Shown one piece after another: positions 13,792-26,979 of a stretch of 64,000 nt of DNA. Below the pieces are notes generated by a model. It had not been told where the DNA came from, searched no databases, and saw only the letters and a list, made by a program, of their open reading frames with translations. Where the stretch lies: the NCBI RefSeq assembly GCF_009914755.1, contig NC_060935.1. One strand, 5' to 3'. How positions within the stretch are numbered: the first letter of the stretch is position 1; the number at the start of each line of letters is the position of its first letter. Both the position numbers and the translations under genes were made by a program. This stretch comes from the human T2T-CHM13v2.0 reference genome, Homo sapiens.

Positions 13792-14429
13792 TGTGCCCTT
13801 GGAGAGCCAAGATGCAGACATGGAAGGAGTCTCTCTCCCACCCTAGCCTTGAGAGAAAGCTGGAAAGCCTGTACGTAAAACCAAAACTTGTGTTAAATCC
13901 ATCAGAAAGCTGAGGGTGTGAGGCAACAAGCTCATCTGGAATGCAAAGGAGGAGAATCTCCTTGGCCCCAAAAAGAGGTGAACAGGAAGGTGCAACCTGG
14001 GAGGAAGGGGTGGCAGCCAAGAGGAAAGGGTGAGAAATCAGCGATAGTGTTAATAAACCTATAAAGGCTGAGTGTGAGCATCGAGGCCCTGGGAACCCAC
14101 ACAGCCGCAGGCTCTTTCTCATGAATCTCGCCTTTCAGGAGAAAGATGGGGGTTGGTGGAGGCACAGAGAGAGCCTCCTGCAGTGGTGCAGGTGTGGAAG
14201 AAGTGTCAACTTGGCTGTGGGGAGTCTGGAAGCCTGGACCCCCTGCGCAGACCCCTCTCTCAAATCTTGTCACCCTCAAGGTACTGGTAAAGACTCATTG
14301 TTGAGAGAGACAGAGCGAGAGAGAGAGAGAGAGAGAGAAATCCTCTACCCTGAGAGGAAGGGGAGAAAACAGTTCTGAGCTCCGAATCTTCTATCAGTAC
14401 CATGCTATCTTCAGCTACAAGAGGAGGGA

Positions 14430-15113
14430 CAGATGAAAAATCATTGCTGCAGGCAAGATCCACCAATGAATGCTAAATTTAGTGGGCAAAAGTCTAAGAT
14501 ACAACTGGTGTTTACATGGCTTAAAGCTATCTCCCCCGGAACATTTAGCAACTTAAAAAGAAAAAAATAACACCTTTACAGCATGGAACCCTACCAGACA
14601 TTGTCTTAACCAAGCAATCAAGGTCGACATCATTAGTAAGGACATACTGACTTTAGGTATCCCTGATACCATTGCTCTGAGAAAGACTGCACACCACATT
14701 ATTTAATCACAGGAAAACTCCAGACAAACTCAAACGGAGGGATGTCTGTAAAATAACTAACCAGTACTCTTCAAAAGTGTCAAGGTTATGAAGTAAAGGG
14801 AGATTGAGAAAACATCACAGATTGGAGGACACTTACAGACATAACAACTGTGAAATGTGTGATCCTGGATCCTGAAATGGAAAAAACTGACAACAGTGCA
14901 AACTGAAAAGCTGATAAAATCTAAATATGTTCGTTAGTTTAAACAATAGTGTTAGGTAAAGGTTAATTTTCTAGGTTTGATATTTCTCCTGTTGCTATGT
15001 AAATTGATGACATAAGACGAAGCTGGGTGATAAGTGTATGGGAATTCTGTCTACTGTTTTCACAACTCTTATGAAAGTCTAAAATTATCTCAAAATAAGA
15101 AGGCTTAAAAAAA
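14430..15113 (+). mobile_element. L1MC3/4-type 3' UTR
   Basis: ggcaagatccaccaatgaatgctaaa...ccagtactcttcaaaagtgtcaaggttatg...aagtctaaaattatctcaaaataa, ending in an A-tail. Confidence 0.85.
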
Positions 15114-15263
15114 TCATGGGCCTGACACTGCATGTACTTCCTGAGCATCTACAGTGCTGAAGTACATTGTCGCCTCATCTTCAAGGTGAAAGTCAAGTTA
15201 GATCATTTTGCATGACCTACTACTAAAATAATAATAATAATAATAAATACATAAATGGGCACA

Positions 15264-15572
15264 CTGGGCGCAGTGGCTCACGCCTGTATTCCCAGCACTT
15301 TGGGAGGCCAAGGCAGGTGGATCACTTGAGGCCAGGAGCTCAAGACCAGCCTGGCTAAAATGGTGAAACCCCATTTCCATTAAAAATACAAAAATTAGCA
15401 GGGCATGGTGGCATGCGGGTAATCCCAGCTACTCAGAAGGCTGAGGCAGGAGAATTATTTGAAACTGGGAGTTCAAGGAGGTTACAGTGAGCCAAGATCG
15501 TGCCACTGTACTCCAGCCTGGGTGACAGAGCGAGACTTCATCTCAAAACAAACAAACAAACACACAAAAAAC
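15264..15572 (+). mobile_element. Alu (AluS)
   Basis: Full dimeric Alu with (CAAA)n tail, preceded by (AAT)n. Confidence 0.96.
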
Positions 15573-16024
15573 CATAAAGAGACCAGTACACATGGCAGAC
15601 TGCTCTTGGTAATATTTTTGCATTTTGGAAGCAACATATACCTCATTTGAGTGGTGTGTGTGTTTGTGTGTACATAATGTATTTATTTACAAATTTCTCA
15701 TCCTCTCCTGTTTCTTCCCTAATTATTTTAAAAAAGCATTTGGGTTACAAGTTTTTATTTTTTTCATAATTTAGTCTATAGATTAAATGATATTCAGATT
15801 ATTTTGACTAAATTTGAGAATAACTAACATCACTCAGAGATGGATACCTGAGCTGTCATCAAATGTGAAGACGATGATTATTTTGCATTTTAAGTCCCAT
15901 TTTGAGGTGAGAATCAGTGCATCTTCATTTTATGAAGGGATATTGCATCTTGCCTGGAGAATGCCTCAGGGTGTTACTGTTGCTCACTGAACTTCCTAGT
16001 GGTCATTTGATTTGCCTGGCCGCT

Positions 16025-16555
16025 ATGCAGCCGAGGTGGGACTGCAGTTGCTAAGCTCTCAACTGGCAGCTTTAAACCAACCTTGCTCCAGGCCACTTTG
16101 TGATGTCATGCTGGGGACAGAGCTCTGCCAATAACCTTCTTCCTTTGCTAGCTTGCTTTTGGTCCTTCCTTTTCAGCTGCCGCCCTGCCAGCTCTGCCCA
16201 GAGTTAATTCTTCCCTCCAGGAGTTGCAGGTGGTCCCTCAGCAGTGGCTGCCTGCAGTAGCCACGGGTCCTGGTCTCCTGCTCCTACCAGCTCTCCCAGG
16301 GCCAGTCTCTTCACTCTTCTTCAGAGGGACAAGCATACCCTCCCCAGAGGTGGGTTTCAACCCTCATGGTCCCTCCTCTGAGCCCCAGAGGTGCGGCACA
16401 GCCTCAGCCTCAGAAGGCAGAGCCCAGCCAGCTCTGCTAGGTGCCTCCTTCACCCTTCTAGGTTCTAGTCACCCCAGCTTATCTCTATGCTATTCTCTGC
16501 CCTGGAGATTGAAGCTACTTTCTGCAATTCTTATCTCTGTGTCTCTGCACTAGGT
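16025..16555 (-). mobile_element. Probable old ERVL-class LTR (LTR33-like)
   Basis: cttcttcctttgctagcttgct and ccctcatggtccct..ctgagc resemble LTR33; heavily diverged. Confidence 0.45.
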
Positions 16556-16849
16556 CATTGTGTCTTTTTGTTGATCTTCTTGAGAGAGTTTCTTCATTTA
16601 TAACAGAGTTGATAATACCAGATCTCAAAATGTTGCTGAGAGGATTAGCACACAACCTGGCACAGTGTAGGTGGTAGATTACTACTGTCCCTTTCAATTC
16701 CAGCATCATGTGACGCCATCAATATACCAGGAAGGAAGTGCTAGGATCCTGCACCCATGATGACTTGGGGACCATAAGCTACTAGAGGGAGGGGCTGGCA
16801 GGAATTTCTGTCTTCAGGACCATGACGATAACAACAACAGTGACAACAG

Positions 16850-17200
16850 CAAATATGTACAAATCACTGAGCATGAACCAGGTACCACATATATTATGCA
16901 CTTATCCTTATCAAATATTTATACTAGTAATGTTTATTTGCATTAAAACCAAGGCACAGAGAAATAAAGAGATCATTTAAGACTACACAGCCCACCAGCA
17001 GTACACCTAGGATTCAAACTCATTTGATACTCAGTATTTGTTGCAGAATTTGCAGTTTACTCAGCTCTACATTCTCTCAATTGATCCTGAGTAATTCTGC
17101 AATGCAAAGGGGACAGAAATGGCCATCCTCACTTTATAGATGAGGAAAGGAAGAATCAGGGAATTTCACACCTCCAGTGAGTTGCTGAGGTAGGGCTTGA
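16850..17200 (-). mobile_element. MIR fragments
   Basis: aaaccaaggcacagagaa..aaga, ctaggattcaaactca, cctcactttatagatgaggaaa. Confidence 0.55.
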
Positions 17201-19409
17201 ACTCATTTTGTTTCTGACAATTGACACCAAGCCTGAGCTCCTTCTTCTAAGTCTGACCTTACAGGGGCCTCCCTAGGTACACAGCTCCCAGCTGTGGGCC
17301 TTTTTGGATCTCTGTGCTTTGATTGTGTTTGATTTATTTAAAAGCGACCCTATCTTACATCAATCCGGGGTTAACTGGTGTGAGTGGTGAGCACTTCGAC
17401 TTCCCAAAGAGCTCCCTGCCTGGGGAGGGCCCTGATGAGTGGAGAAGAGGAACCAGACGGTTCCTTGTCTGGCTTTGGCAAATGGCTTTATGCTGATTCC
17501 TTTCAAAGCATCTTTTACTGACAGAGCAATTTCTCAGCACCAGAGCGGAGGAGCTCGCAGGACATGCAAATGAGGCAGAGGTGCCACTGGCATGGAAAGA
17601 ATGGCAGCAGCATCCTAATGGCTCTGGAACGAAATACAGTCGTGGGGGGAAATTTACTCTGAAATTTCATTAGCTTTGCTGAGAAGCCTCTCCCCTACCC
17701 ACCCATGCCACAGCATTCAGGCAGCCCCTCTCCCCAGGGACAAGGGGGCAGAGGGTTTCCTCAATGTCCATTTCAGGACACTGCAGCCATCTCCAGCCCT
17801 TGGTCAGCAGCACTGGAGCTACAGATGCTGCCCTGGGAGGCTCTTTTTCCATGGGGAAGTCTGCCCTGCCACCGGCAAGCTTGCCAACCACTTAGGGACT
17901 TTGGGACACGTGCTTCCCTCCTGGTCTTGGTGGCATCAGCCACGAGCATCTTCCTTTGAGGTTGAGCCCACAGTGATCTGGAAGAAGCTGAAGGATGACT
18001 CAGGCTAGAGAGCAAATCCCTGCTTTCAGGGCTGAGGCCACTTCAGGTGAACCTGGTGGCTGAAAAATGAAAGTCAAAAACATTTTAAATGAGTCATTCG
18101 GCCTCTTCATACTTGAGGATGTTTCCAGTTTTATCTTGGACCACTTGGAACCCCAGCTGTAATGAGAGCCTCCTGCCCCCCAACCAGGCCCCTCGTCTGT
18201 CCAGGCTGCCCTTTTCTCCTCTGCTGCCCCAGGAACTCACATGGAGCATCCCCTTCCCTCTGTTCTTCCTGGACCTCTCCCACCCTCTATGTAATGATCC
18301 CCTTCTCCATGCTGCCTTCATTACCCGGAACTTCCTGCACGGCATGAGTGGTGTCTCCTGTACTTGAACTGAGGGATCCCTTGATCAAGGAATGACTTTT
18401 TTCGCTCTCTGTGCTCACAGATCCTCACAAAGAAATCGGCTAAATGCACACTTCGGAGCTACACCTGGGCCTGTTCTGCACATTCATCTTGTTTGCTGAC
18501 CATTTCTGACCTAACCTGAGCTCTGCAAGGTCCAGGCATGGCATGAGTGGCTGCTCACCACCAGGGATGTGCACACATCCACACACACACAGGCCATTCC
18601 TTCCCACCTTGTTGAATCCTCAGCTGAGCTCTGCATACTGCAGCCCTTCTGCAGTTGAGGGGATTATGGTCTCTGAATCTTCCCCTTTGCATTCTACTCA
18701 GAGCACGGAGGCTTCTCCCAGACAGAGGTTTCTGAGTGTAGGTAGTGCACAGGTAGAGTAGGGAGTGGAAGACACACAGAGAGACTCCTGAGTGGCTGGC
18801 ATGTGTGAGAACTATTCCAGTGGATTTCCTAATTAAACTCCATGCTCTAATCTTCACTCTCTCGCTAGTTGGTAACAGCCATTCCCCAGTAACTGGGAGA
18901 CTGCAGAGATGAAGGATCCCCTCCTACTTCTAGCAACAAGTCAACTGTAGACATGATCCAGTGGCCAGGTGCCCCTGCTTCAGCCTCAGACTTTCCTGCC
19001 CCTCTCCTCTGATGCTCCAGGGCTGCTGGGTGCTCACTAATGAGAGGCATCATCATTTCCACCAATTAACCACACCAAATGAGGCCATAAGTGACTATTC
19101 CAGCTGCCTCTGAGGTAGAAACACACACACCTCCCAGAAGGGAGGTAACGAGCAGGAAGCATGGAGTGAGCGGGAGGCCGTGACCTGGAGGAGTTAATGA
19201 TCAGAACGAAGTAGCCCAGAAGAGGTGAGGAATACCCTTGGGAGTCTTCAGATCTTTGCTCGTCCCAAAACTCTCCCTGAAAAAACATCTATTCCTGCAG
19301 CTGTGAAGTGGGAAGTAGCCCAGGAGGCATCTGGATTTAGGACATATCCCCTTACACCTGCTCCCTAGGGGCCTGCTTACTACACAGTGTGTGTTCCACA
19401 AATGCAGGT

Positions 19410-19480
19410 TGTATTAGGGTCCTCTGGCAGGACAGACCTAATGGAATATTATATATATTATATATACTATATATATATTC

Positions 19481-19516
<36 letters not shown>

Positions 19517-20018
19517 TTTATTAAGTATTAACTCACACAATCACAAGGTCCCACAATAGGCCATCTGCAGGCTGAGGAGCACGGAGAGCCAGTCCAAGTC
19601 CCAAAACTGAAGAACTTGGAGTCCGATGTTCGAGGACAGGAAGCATCCAACAGAGGAGAAAGATGTAGGTGGGAAGTCTAGGCCAGGATCTTTTCACATT
19701 TTTCTGCCTGTTTATATTCTAGCCGCACTGGCCGCTGATTAGATTGTTCTCAACCAGATGAAGGGTGGGCCTGCCTCTCCCGGCCCACTGACTTGAATGT
19801 TAAACTCGTTTGGCAACACCCTCACAGACACACCCAGGATCAATACTCGTTTGGTAACACCCTCCCAGACACACCCAGGATCAATACTCGTTTGGTAACA
19901 CCCTCACAGACACACCCAGGATCAATACTCGTTTGGCAACACCCTCACAGACACACCCAAGATCAATACTTTGTATCCTTCAATCTAATCAAGTTGACAC
20001 TCAGTATTAACCACCACA
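19410..20018 (-). mobile_element. ERVL solo LTR MLT2A with internal (TA)n and a 41-bp tandem repeat
   Basis: tgtattagggt.ctct...aactcacacaatcacaaggtcccacaatagg...ttcaatc.aatcaagttgacactcagtattaacca.caca, both termini present. Confidence 0.93.
19804..19970. repeat. 41-bp tandem repeat, 4 copies
   Basis: actcgtttgg(c/t)aacaccctc(a/c)cagacacaccc(a/g)ggatcaat-type units at 19804, 19845, 19886 and 19927. Confidence 0.97.
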
Positions 20019-20449
20019 GGTGCAATAAATGAGCTGACAATCTACTGGTCTATGATATGATTTCTGAGGTTCTGGATTGGAAAACAGTCTAGCTTCCCCT
20101 AGGAATTAGGAGGGATCATCTCTTTGCTGAAGCAAAGTCCTATCTTAATGCCACTGCCCACCCCACGCCTCTTTGGGGAGGATGTGCAAAACATCTGGCA
20201 CTGAGGGAGTTAGGACAGTCAGGTCAGCCAGTGTTGCTCAGTCCATAGTACGTGCCCCATAAATACTTTGCAATAAATTCATCAATTATGCAGTAGGGCT
20301 GGCACTTACAATTCACTGGTCCTGGGTCTCATTGCTGTGGCGTGATTTCTGGAATCTAGTGCAATTATGGAAAGGGAGGGTAGGGGCACAGAGTGGACTC
20401 ACATCCTGACACCACTTAGTGATGTGATCTTGTGGAAGGGAGAAAAACT

Positions 20450-20645
20450 TAGCATGCAATTAAACTCTCAGAACAATCCTCAAAATAGGGAGAACAGTAT
20501 CCCCATTTTATGCAGACCGAAACTGAGTCTCACAGAAGTGAGTGGAACTTAGGCTAGTCAAGCTAGTGAGTGTGAGAGCTGGGTTTTGAATCCAGGTTTC
20601 TTTGACTTCAAAGCCTGCTGTTTTTAACCAGATTATATACTGCTT
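20450..20645 (-). mobile_element. MIR SINE
   Basis: tatccccattttatgcag..gaaactgagtctcacagaagtgagtg.aactt...agagctgggttttgaatccagg, the MIR core. Confidence 0.85.
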
Positions 20646-21734
20646 TGGTGCTCTCATTTGTAACTTAGGGAAATGAATATCCAACTCATGGGTTGCTGTG
20701 TGGATTAAGCAGAATAATGAGAAAAACAGCAAGCACAGTTCCTTGATTATAGAACTTAATAAGTCAAAATTCTTTGTCTGTCTTTCACTGTAGACAGATC
20801 CACAAGGTAGTATTGTGGCAACCTTGTAAAATGAGGTCAAAATCCATTATTAGTCTTATAATTTATCCACTAGCCTGTCTGCCTCATTTATGTACTTGTT
20901 TATAGCCTGACTTATTCGTGAAACAATTTAAGGCAGCCAATAAACATGCACATAGTTCAACGAGTTAAATTAAAATTTAAATTATTGGGAAAAAAAAGAT
21001 GTACACAGAGAAAATAAGGGTAGGAAACCTAAGGGAAGGGTAGGAGGGAAATTAGGTGTGGAATACAAAGCCTGTGGAGCTCGTATCTGGATACTCCTGT
21101 GTATTTCCTGTGTGTTGGCCCACCTTTGGCTCCAAGATTTCTAGAAGCTACAGCAAAGATGGGAATCTGAATATTTTTCATGGTGTCCACAAGATTATTT
21201 ATTTTTCCTGAGAGAAGCACAGCCTCTTCTAATATGGAGATCAAGAATATTTCTCAACAGAGAGGATACTATTTTCCCGCACACTCTACCATACAAGCAA
21301 AGCTGCTTCTGCAGAGAACACACATGTGCCCCTTTAGGATCCTGATAGTCCAGATTGCATCTGAGTGTAATTACCCAGAGTGGGCCCTTTCACTCTCAGT
21401 TTTTAGAGTGCATTATGTGGTCACCATACTTATCACCTCCCATCCCCTTGCCTGCAAATTTCCCTTCTCTGTGCACTCAGAAACTATCTTCAAGTCCTGC
21501 CAAAATGGCTACTCTCCTCAAATTAAGTGAATTTTTCTTTTTTCCTGAACTCCTACAGTTGTGTTTTTTTGTGTGTGTGAATAAAGTGATTTTTCTTTTT
21601 TTCTGAACTCCCACAGTTGTGTTTGTATGTGTTGGGGAGAGGAGTGAGTATAGATTTGAGTCTATGGACTTGAGTCTCCTGAATAATACATATTTATAAT
21701 ATATAGAAGCATATATTTTAAAATATTTACATAA

Positions 21735-23190
21735 TATATATGTATATATGTGTGTGTGTATATATATGTATGTGTCTGTGTATATATATGTGTGTGTATA
21801 TATATGTATGTGTGTGTATATATGTGTGTGTGTATATATATGTATGTGTCTGTGTATATATATGTGTGTGTATATATATGTATGTGTGTGTATATATGTA
21901 TGTGTGTATATATATGTATGTGTGTATATATATGTGTGTGTATATATATGTATGTGTGTGTATATATGTATGTGTGTATATATATGTATGTGTGTATATA
22001 TATGTGTGTGTATATATATGTGTGTGTGTATATATGTGTGTGTATATATGTATGTGTGTGTATATATATGTGTGTATATATGTACGTGTGTGTATATATG
22101 TATGTGTGTATATATGTGTGTATATATATGTGTGTATATATGTATGTGTGTATATATGTGTGTGTATATATGTATGTGTGTATATATATGTGTGTGTATA
22201 TATGTATGTGTGTGTATATATGTGTGTGTATATATGTATGTGTGTATATATATGTATGTGTGTGTATATATGTGTGTGTATATATATGTGTGTGTATATG
22301 TGTGTGTATATATGTATGTGTGTATATATGTGTGTATGTATATATGTATGTGTGTGTATATATGTATGTGTGTATATATGTGTGTGTATATATGTGTGTG
22401 TGTATATATGTATGTGTGTATATATGTATATGTGTATATATGTATGTGTGTATATATATGTATGTGTATGTATATATGTATGTGTGTGTATATATGTGTG
22501 TGTATATATGTATGTGTGTATATATATGTGTGTGTATATATGTGTGTGTGTATATATGTATGTGTGTGTATATATGTATGTGTGTATATATGTGTGTGTG
22601 TATATATGTATGTGTGTATATATGTGTGTGTATATATGTATGTGTATGTATATATGTATGTGTGTATATATGTGTGTGTATATATGTATGTGTATGTATA
22701 TATGTATGTGTGTGTATATATGTGTGTGTATATATGTATGTGTGTATATATGTATGTGTGTATATATATGTGTGTGTATATATGTGTGTGTGTATATATG
22801 TATGTGTGTGTATATATGTATGTGTGTATATATGTATGTGTGTGTATATATGTATGTGTGTATATATATGTATGTGTATGTATATATGTATGTGTGTGTA
22901 TATATGTGTGTGTGTATATATGTATGTGTGTATATATATGTATGTGTGTATATATATGTATGTGGGTATATATGTGTGTGTATATATGTGTGTGTATATA
23001 TGTATGTGTGTATATATGTATGTGTGTATATATGTATGTGTGTGTATATATGTGTGTGTATATATATGTATGTGTGTGTATATGTGTGTGTGTATATATG
23101 TGTGTGTATATATGTATGTGTGTGTGTATATATGTATGTGTGTGTATATATATGTATGTGTGTGTATATATGTATGTGTGTATATATATA

Positions 23191-23224
<34 letters not shown>
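21735..23224. repeat. ~1.5-kb (TA)n(TG)n/(TATG)n alternating purine-pyrimidine tract
   Basis: Directly visible; accounts for the three ~500-aa Y/I/C/V/M ORFs. Confidence 0.99.
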
Positions 23225-23225
<1 letters not shown>

Positions 23226-24013
23226 CTGTTTTTAGGAGTGAATGTGCAATTTCTGGTTTAAGGCTCCATAGTTTACATCAGAAAAGGAACTTGTCACCAC
23301 AGAATTCTGTTCTAGAACCTGCTCAAAGGCCTCTGGGCAAACGTTGCCAACCCTGCGGCTCTTGTGTGGAGCTTCTCAAGATGCCTTGGATTTGCCAAGG
23401 GAGACAGGTGAGCAGCCTTTTGGGGTCATGCTGAAGATCAGTAGTTGGGAAGAAATGAAGACCCAGGTCTGTGGACCCCTGGTACAGGCCTCTGGATTCT
23501 CTACTCCTGAAATTCTCAAAAAGTAGCATATAGGGACCAAAGAAATAAGCAGAATCAATGGAGTCACTTCAGACATCAAAATAAACTTCTCACATTTACC
23601 TCTTCAGGACTGGAGGAGGTAAAGACACCATAATATTCTAGTCACAGAGTATGGCATTATCCTTTTGTTCTCTGACACATTCTCCCTATTTTGGAAATAT
23701 CCCCTGTGTTAAAGTCATTTGAATTACCTCCACTGAGTGTGCAATCTCCCTCTCGCCAGACTTGATTGACAAAGACACCAATTTCTGTAACACATGTATG
23801 TACAGGAGCCAAATGAGATGATGACTAAAAACATGTAGAACTCAAAGACTCATATGAAGGTGGCCACCCTTCTGCCCTTGAATCACGTGTAACAATTCCA
23901 AACATGACATATGACCCACGTGAATAACATGATCCTAATGAATTAATCGGAGGTTACAGGAAGGCAGGAATATGTGTTTTTCTCCTTTCTTCTCTTATTT
24001 AAAAAACAATTGT

Positions 24014-24325
24014 GGCCACGTGTGGTGGCTCACACCTGTAATCCCAGCACTTTGGGAGGCCAGTGTGGGTGGATTGCTTTAGGTCAGGAGTTTGAGACCA
24101 GCCTGGCCAACATGGTAAAACCCCATCTCTACTGAAAATTCAAAAATTAGCCAGGCATGGTGGTGTGAGCCTGTAATCTTAGTTACTTGGGAGGCTGATA
24201 CAAGAGAATCACTTGAACCCAGGAGGTGGGGGTTGCAGTGTGTCAAGATCATTCCACTGCACTCCAGCCTGGGCAACAGCATGAGACTCCATCTAAAAAA
24301 TTAAAAAATAAAAAATGAATAATAA
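24014..24325 (+). mobile_element. Alu (AluS/J)
   Basis: Full Alu; degenerate TSD aaaaacaattgt / aaaagcaattat. Confidence 0.96.
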
Positions 24326-25576
24326 AAAGCAATTATATTAAATAGTGTGCATATAATGTATCATTGTGCCTATAACATAAAGAAGTATAATATATATGTA
24401 ATATGTTTGCCTATGACAGCATAAAAGAGGTAGGTGAAAGCAAACTGTATTAAGCTGAGAAAATGGTAAAATCAAAATTAAAATCAGCTTATCAAAATTT
24501 GTAAGCTATAAAAATAGTGCTTAGAAGAAAGTCGTAGGATTGAACACATATATTAGAAAAGAAGAATGATCTAAAATCAATCACCCAAACTTCCACCTTA
24601 AGAAAAAAAGCAAAGTTATTTAAAGCAAGGAAAAGAAACTAAATAATAAAAAGTTTAGAGAAATCAATGAAATTAAAAACAGGAAATTAGCACAGAAAAT
24701 CAATGAATCCAGAAGCTTTTTTTTCCAAAAATATCAACAAAATCAATAAGCTACTAGCCAGGCTAAGAAAAAAATGAGAAGACACAAATTACTAATATCA
24801 GAAATGAAAGAGAGGACATCACTACAGATCCCATAGACTTCAAAAGGATAATCAGGAAATACTATGAACAACTTGATGCCTACAACTGTGATAACCTGGA
24901 TGAAATGGACCAATTCCTTAAAAAAATACCACCTGCCAAAACTGACAGAAGAAGAAACAGACAATCTAAATAGGCCTATATGTATTAAATATATGGAACC
25001 AACAATGAAAAACCAAAAACAGTAAGCACTAAACCCAGATGGGTGAATTCTACCTCACACTTAATAAATAATTATACCAATTCTCTATAATCTTTTTTAG
25101 AACACAGGAGAGGGAATACTTCTTAACTCATTCTGTGAGGCCATTATCACCCTAATACTTAAACCAGACAAAGACATTGCAACAAACGAAAATACAGAGC
25201 AATATCTTTCATGAACATAGATGCAAAAATCCCCAACAAAATATTAGCAAATTAAATTCAAAAACATATAAAAATAATTATACAACATGATCAAGTAGGA
25301 TTTATTCCAGATATGCAAGACTGGTTCAACAGTTGCAAATCAATAAGGTCATTCATCACATCAACAGGTTAAAGAAAAATCACATGATTATATCAATAAA
25401 TACAGAGAAAGCATTTGACAAAATTTCATACCTACTCATAACAAAAATTCTCAGCCAGCTAGGAATAGAGAGGAACTTCCTCAACTTGATAAAGAACATC
25501 AACAAAAATCCTACAACTAACATCATATTTAATGGTCAGAAACAATGCAAGGATGTCCCCTCTCACCATTGCTTTT

Positions 25577-26098
25577 CCCTTCCTTTCTCCTTCCCTTCCC
25601 CTTTCCTTCCCTTTCTATTCCTCTTCTCTTCTCCTTCCCTTCCCCTTTTCTTTCCCTTTCCCTTCCCTTCCCCTTTCCCTTACCTTCACTTCCCCTTCTC
25701 TTCTCCTTCCCTTCCCCTTTTCTTCCCCTTCCTTTCCCCTTTCCTTCTTCTCTTCTCCCCTCCTCTCCTTTTCCTTTCCTTTCCTTTTTCCTCCTTCATT
25801 CTTTTCCTTTTTTTGAGACAGAGTCTTTCTCTGTCACCAAGGCTCGAGTGCAGTGGCACTATCATAGCTAACTGTAACTCTGAACTCCTGGACTCAAGCA
25901 ATCCTCTCACCTCAGCCTTCTGAGTAGCTAAGACTAAAGGCATGCATCACCACACCTGGCTAAGTTTTTAAAAAAAATTTTAGAGACAAGCTCTTGTTAT
26001 GTTACCCAGGCTGGTCTTGAATTCCTGGCTTCAAGTACTCCTTCTGCCTCACCCTCCCAAAGAGCTGGGATTACAGGCATGAACCACCACACCCAACT
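25577..26098 (-). mobile_element. Alu (AluJ-like) whose tail became a ~235-bp pyrimidine tract
   Basis: Antisense Alu 25812-26098; TSD tcaccattgctttt (25563-25576) / tcaccactgctttt (26099-26112) encloses the (CCCTT/CTTT)-rich tract. Confidence 0.93.
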
Positions 26099-26934
26099 TC
26101 ACCACTGCTTTTCAACATTATGCTAGAAGTCCTAGCTAATGCAATAAGACAAGGAAAAGAAATAAAATATATACAAATCAGGAAGGCAGAAATAAAACTC
26201 CCTTTTTGTCTAGGTAGACGATCTAAAAGAATTAACACTACCAACAACAACATTCCTGGAACTAATAAACAATTACAGCAGGTTGAAGAATACAAGGGTA
26301 AGATTCAAAAGTCAATCATTTTCCTACACACCAGCAATGAACAAATGAAATTTGAAATTACAAACACAATACCATTTACACTAGCATCCAAAATAATGAA
26401 ATACTTAGGTATAAATCTAACTAAATATACAGAAGAGCTACATGAGGAAAATTATGAAACCCTTCGAAAGAAATCAAAAAAGGACTAAATAAATGGAGGG
26501 ATATTTCATATTTGTGGATATGAAGGCTCAATATTGTAAAGATACAAGTTCTTCTCAATGTGATCTATAGATTCACACAATACCAATAAATATCTTAGCA
26601 ATGTATTTTGTGGCTGTTGACAAATTGATTTTAAAGTTTGTATAGACAGGCAAAAGACCCCGACTAGCCAGCACAATATTGAAGGGGAATAACAAAGTTG
26701 GAGGGCTAACAGTATCTGATTTGGAGAATTGCTATAAAGCTACAGTCATCAAGACAGTGTGATATTGGCAAAAGAATAGACAGTTGATCAATGGAATAGA
26801 ATAGAGAGTCCAGAAATAGACCAATATACATTTAATCAACAGATCATTGATAAAGGAGCAAAGACAATACAGTGTAGTGAAGACAGTCTTTTCATCAAAT
26901 GGCACTGGAACAACTGGACATCCACATACAAAAC

Positions 26935-26937
<3 letters not shown>

Positions 26938-26975
<38 letters not shown>
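26938..26975. repeat. (CA)n microsatellite
   Basis: Directly visible. Confidence 0.97.

Positions 26976-26979
<4 letters not shown>

Noticed and set aside
17560-17575. Isolated octamer ATGCAAAT; also ETS ACCCGGAAGTG near 34001
   Set aside because: Single short motifs are expected by chance in 64 kb.
19410-20018. MLT2A LTR as the LTR of the ERV-L pol fossil at 38-40 kb
   Set aside because: It is 18 kb away and much less diverged, so it is an independent solo LTR.
21740-23434. Three overlapping ORFs of 495-564 aa
   Set aside because: Strict purine-pyrimidine alternation cannot contain stop codons; simple-repeat artefact.
25333-26488. ORFs with reverse-transcriptase similarity
   Set aside because: Fragments of a dead L1 ORF2 interrupted by an Alu, with the catalytic motif missing.
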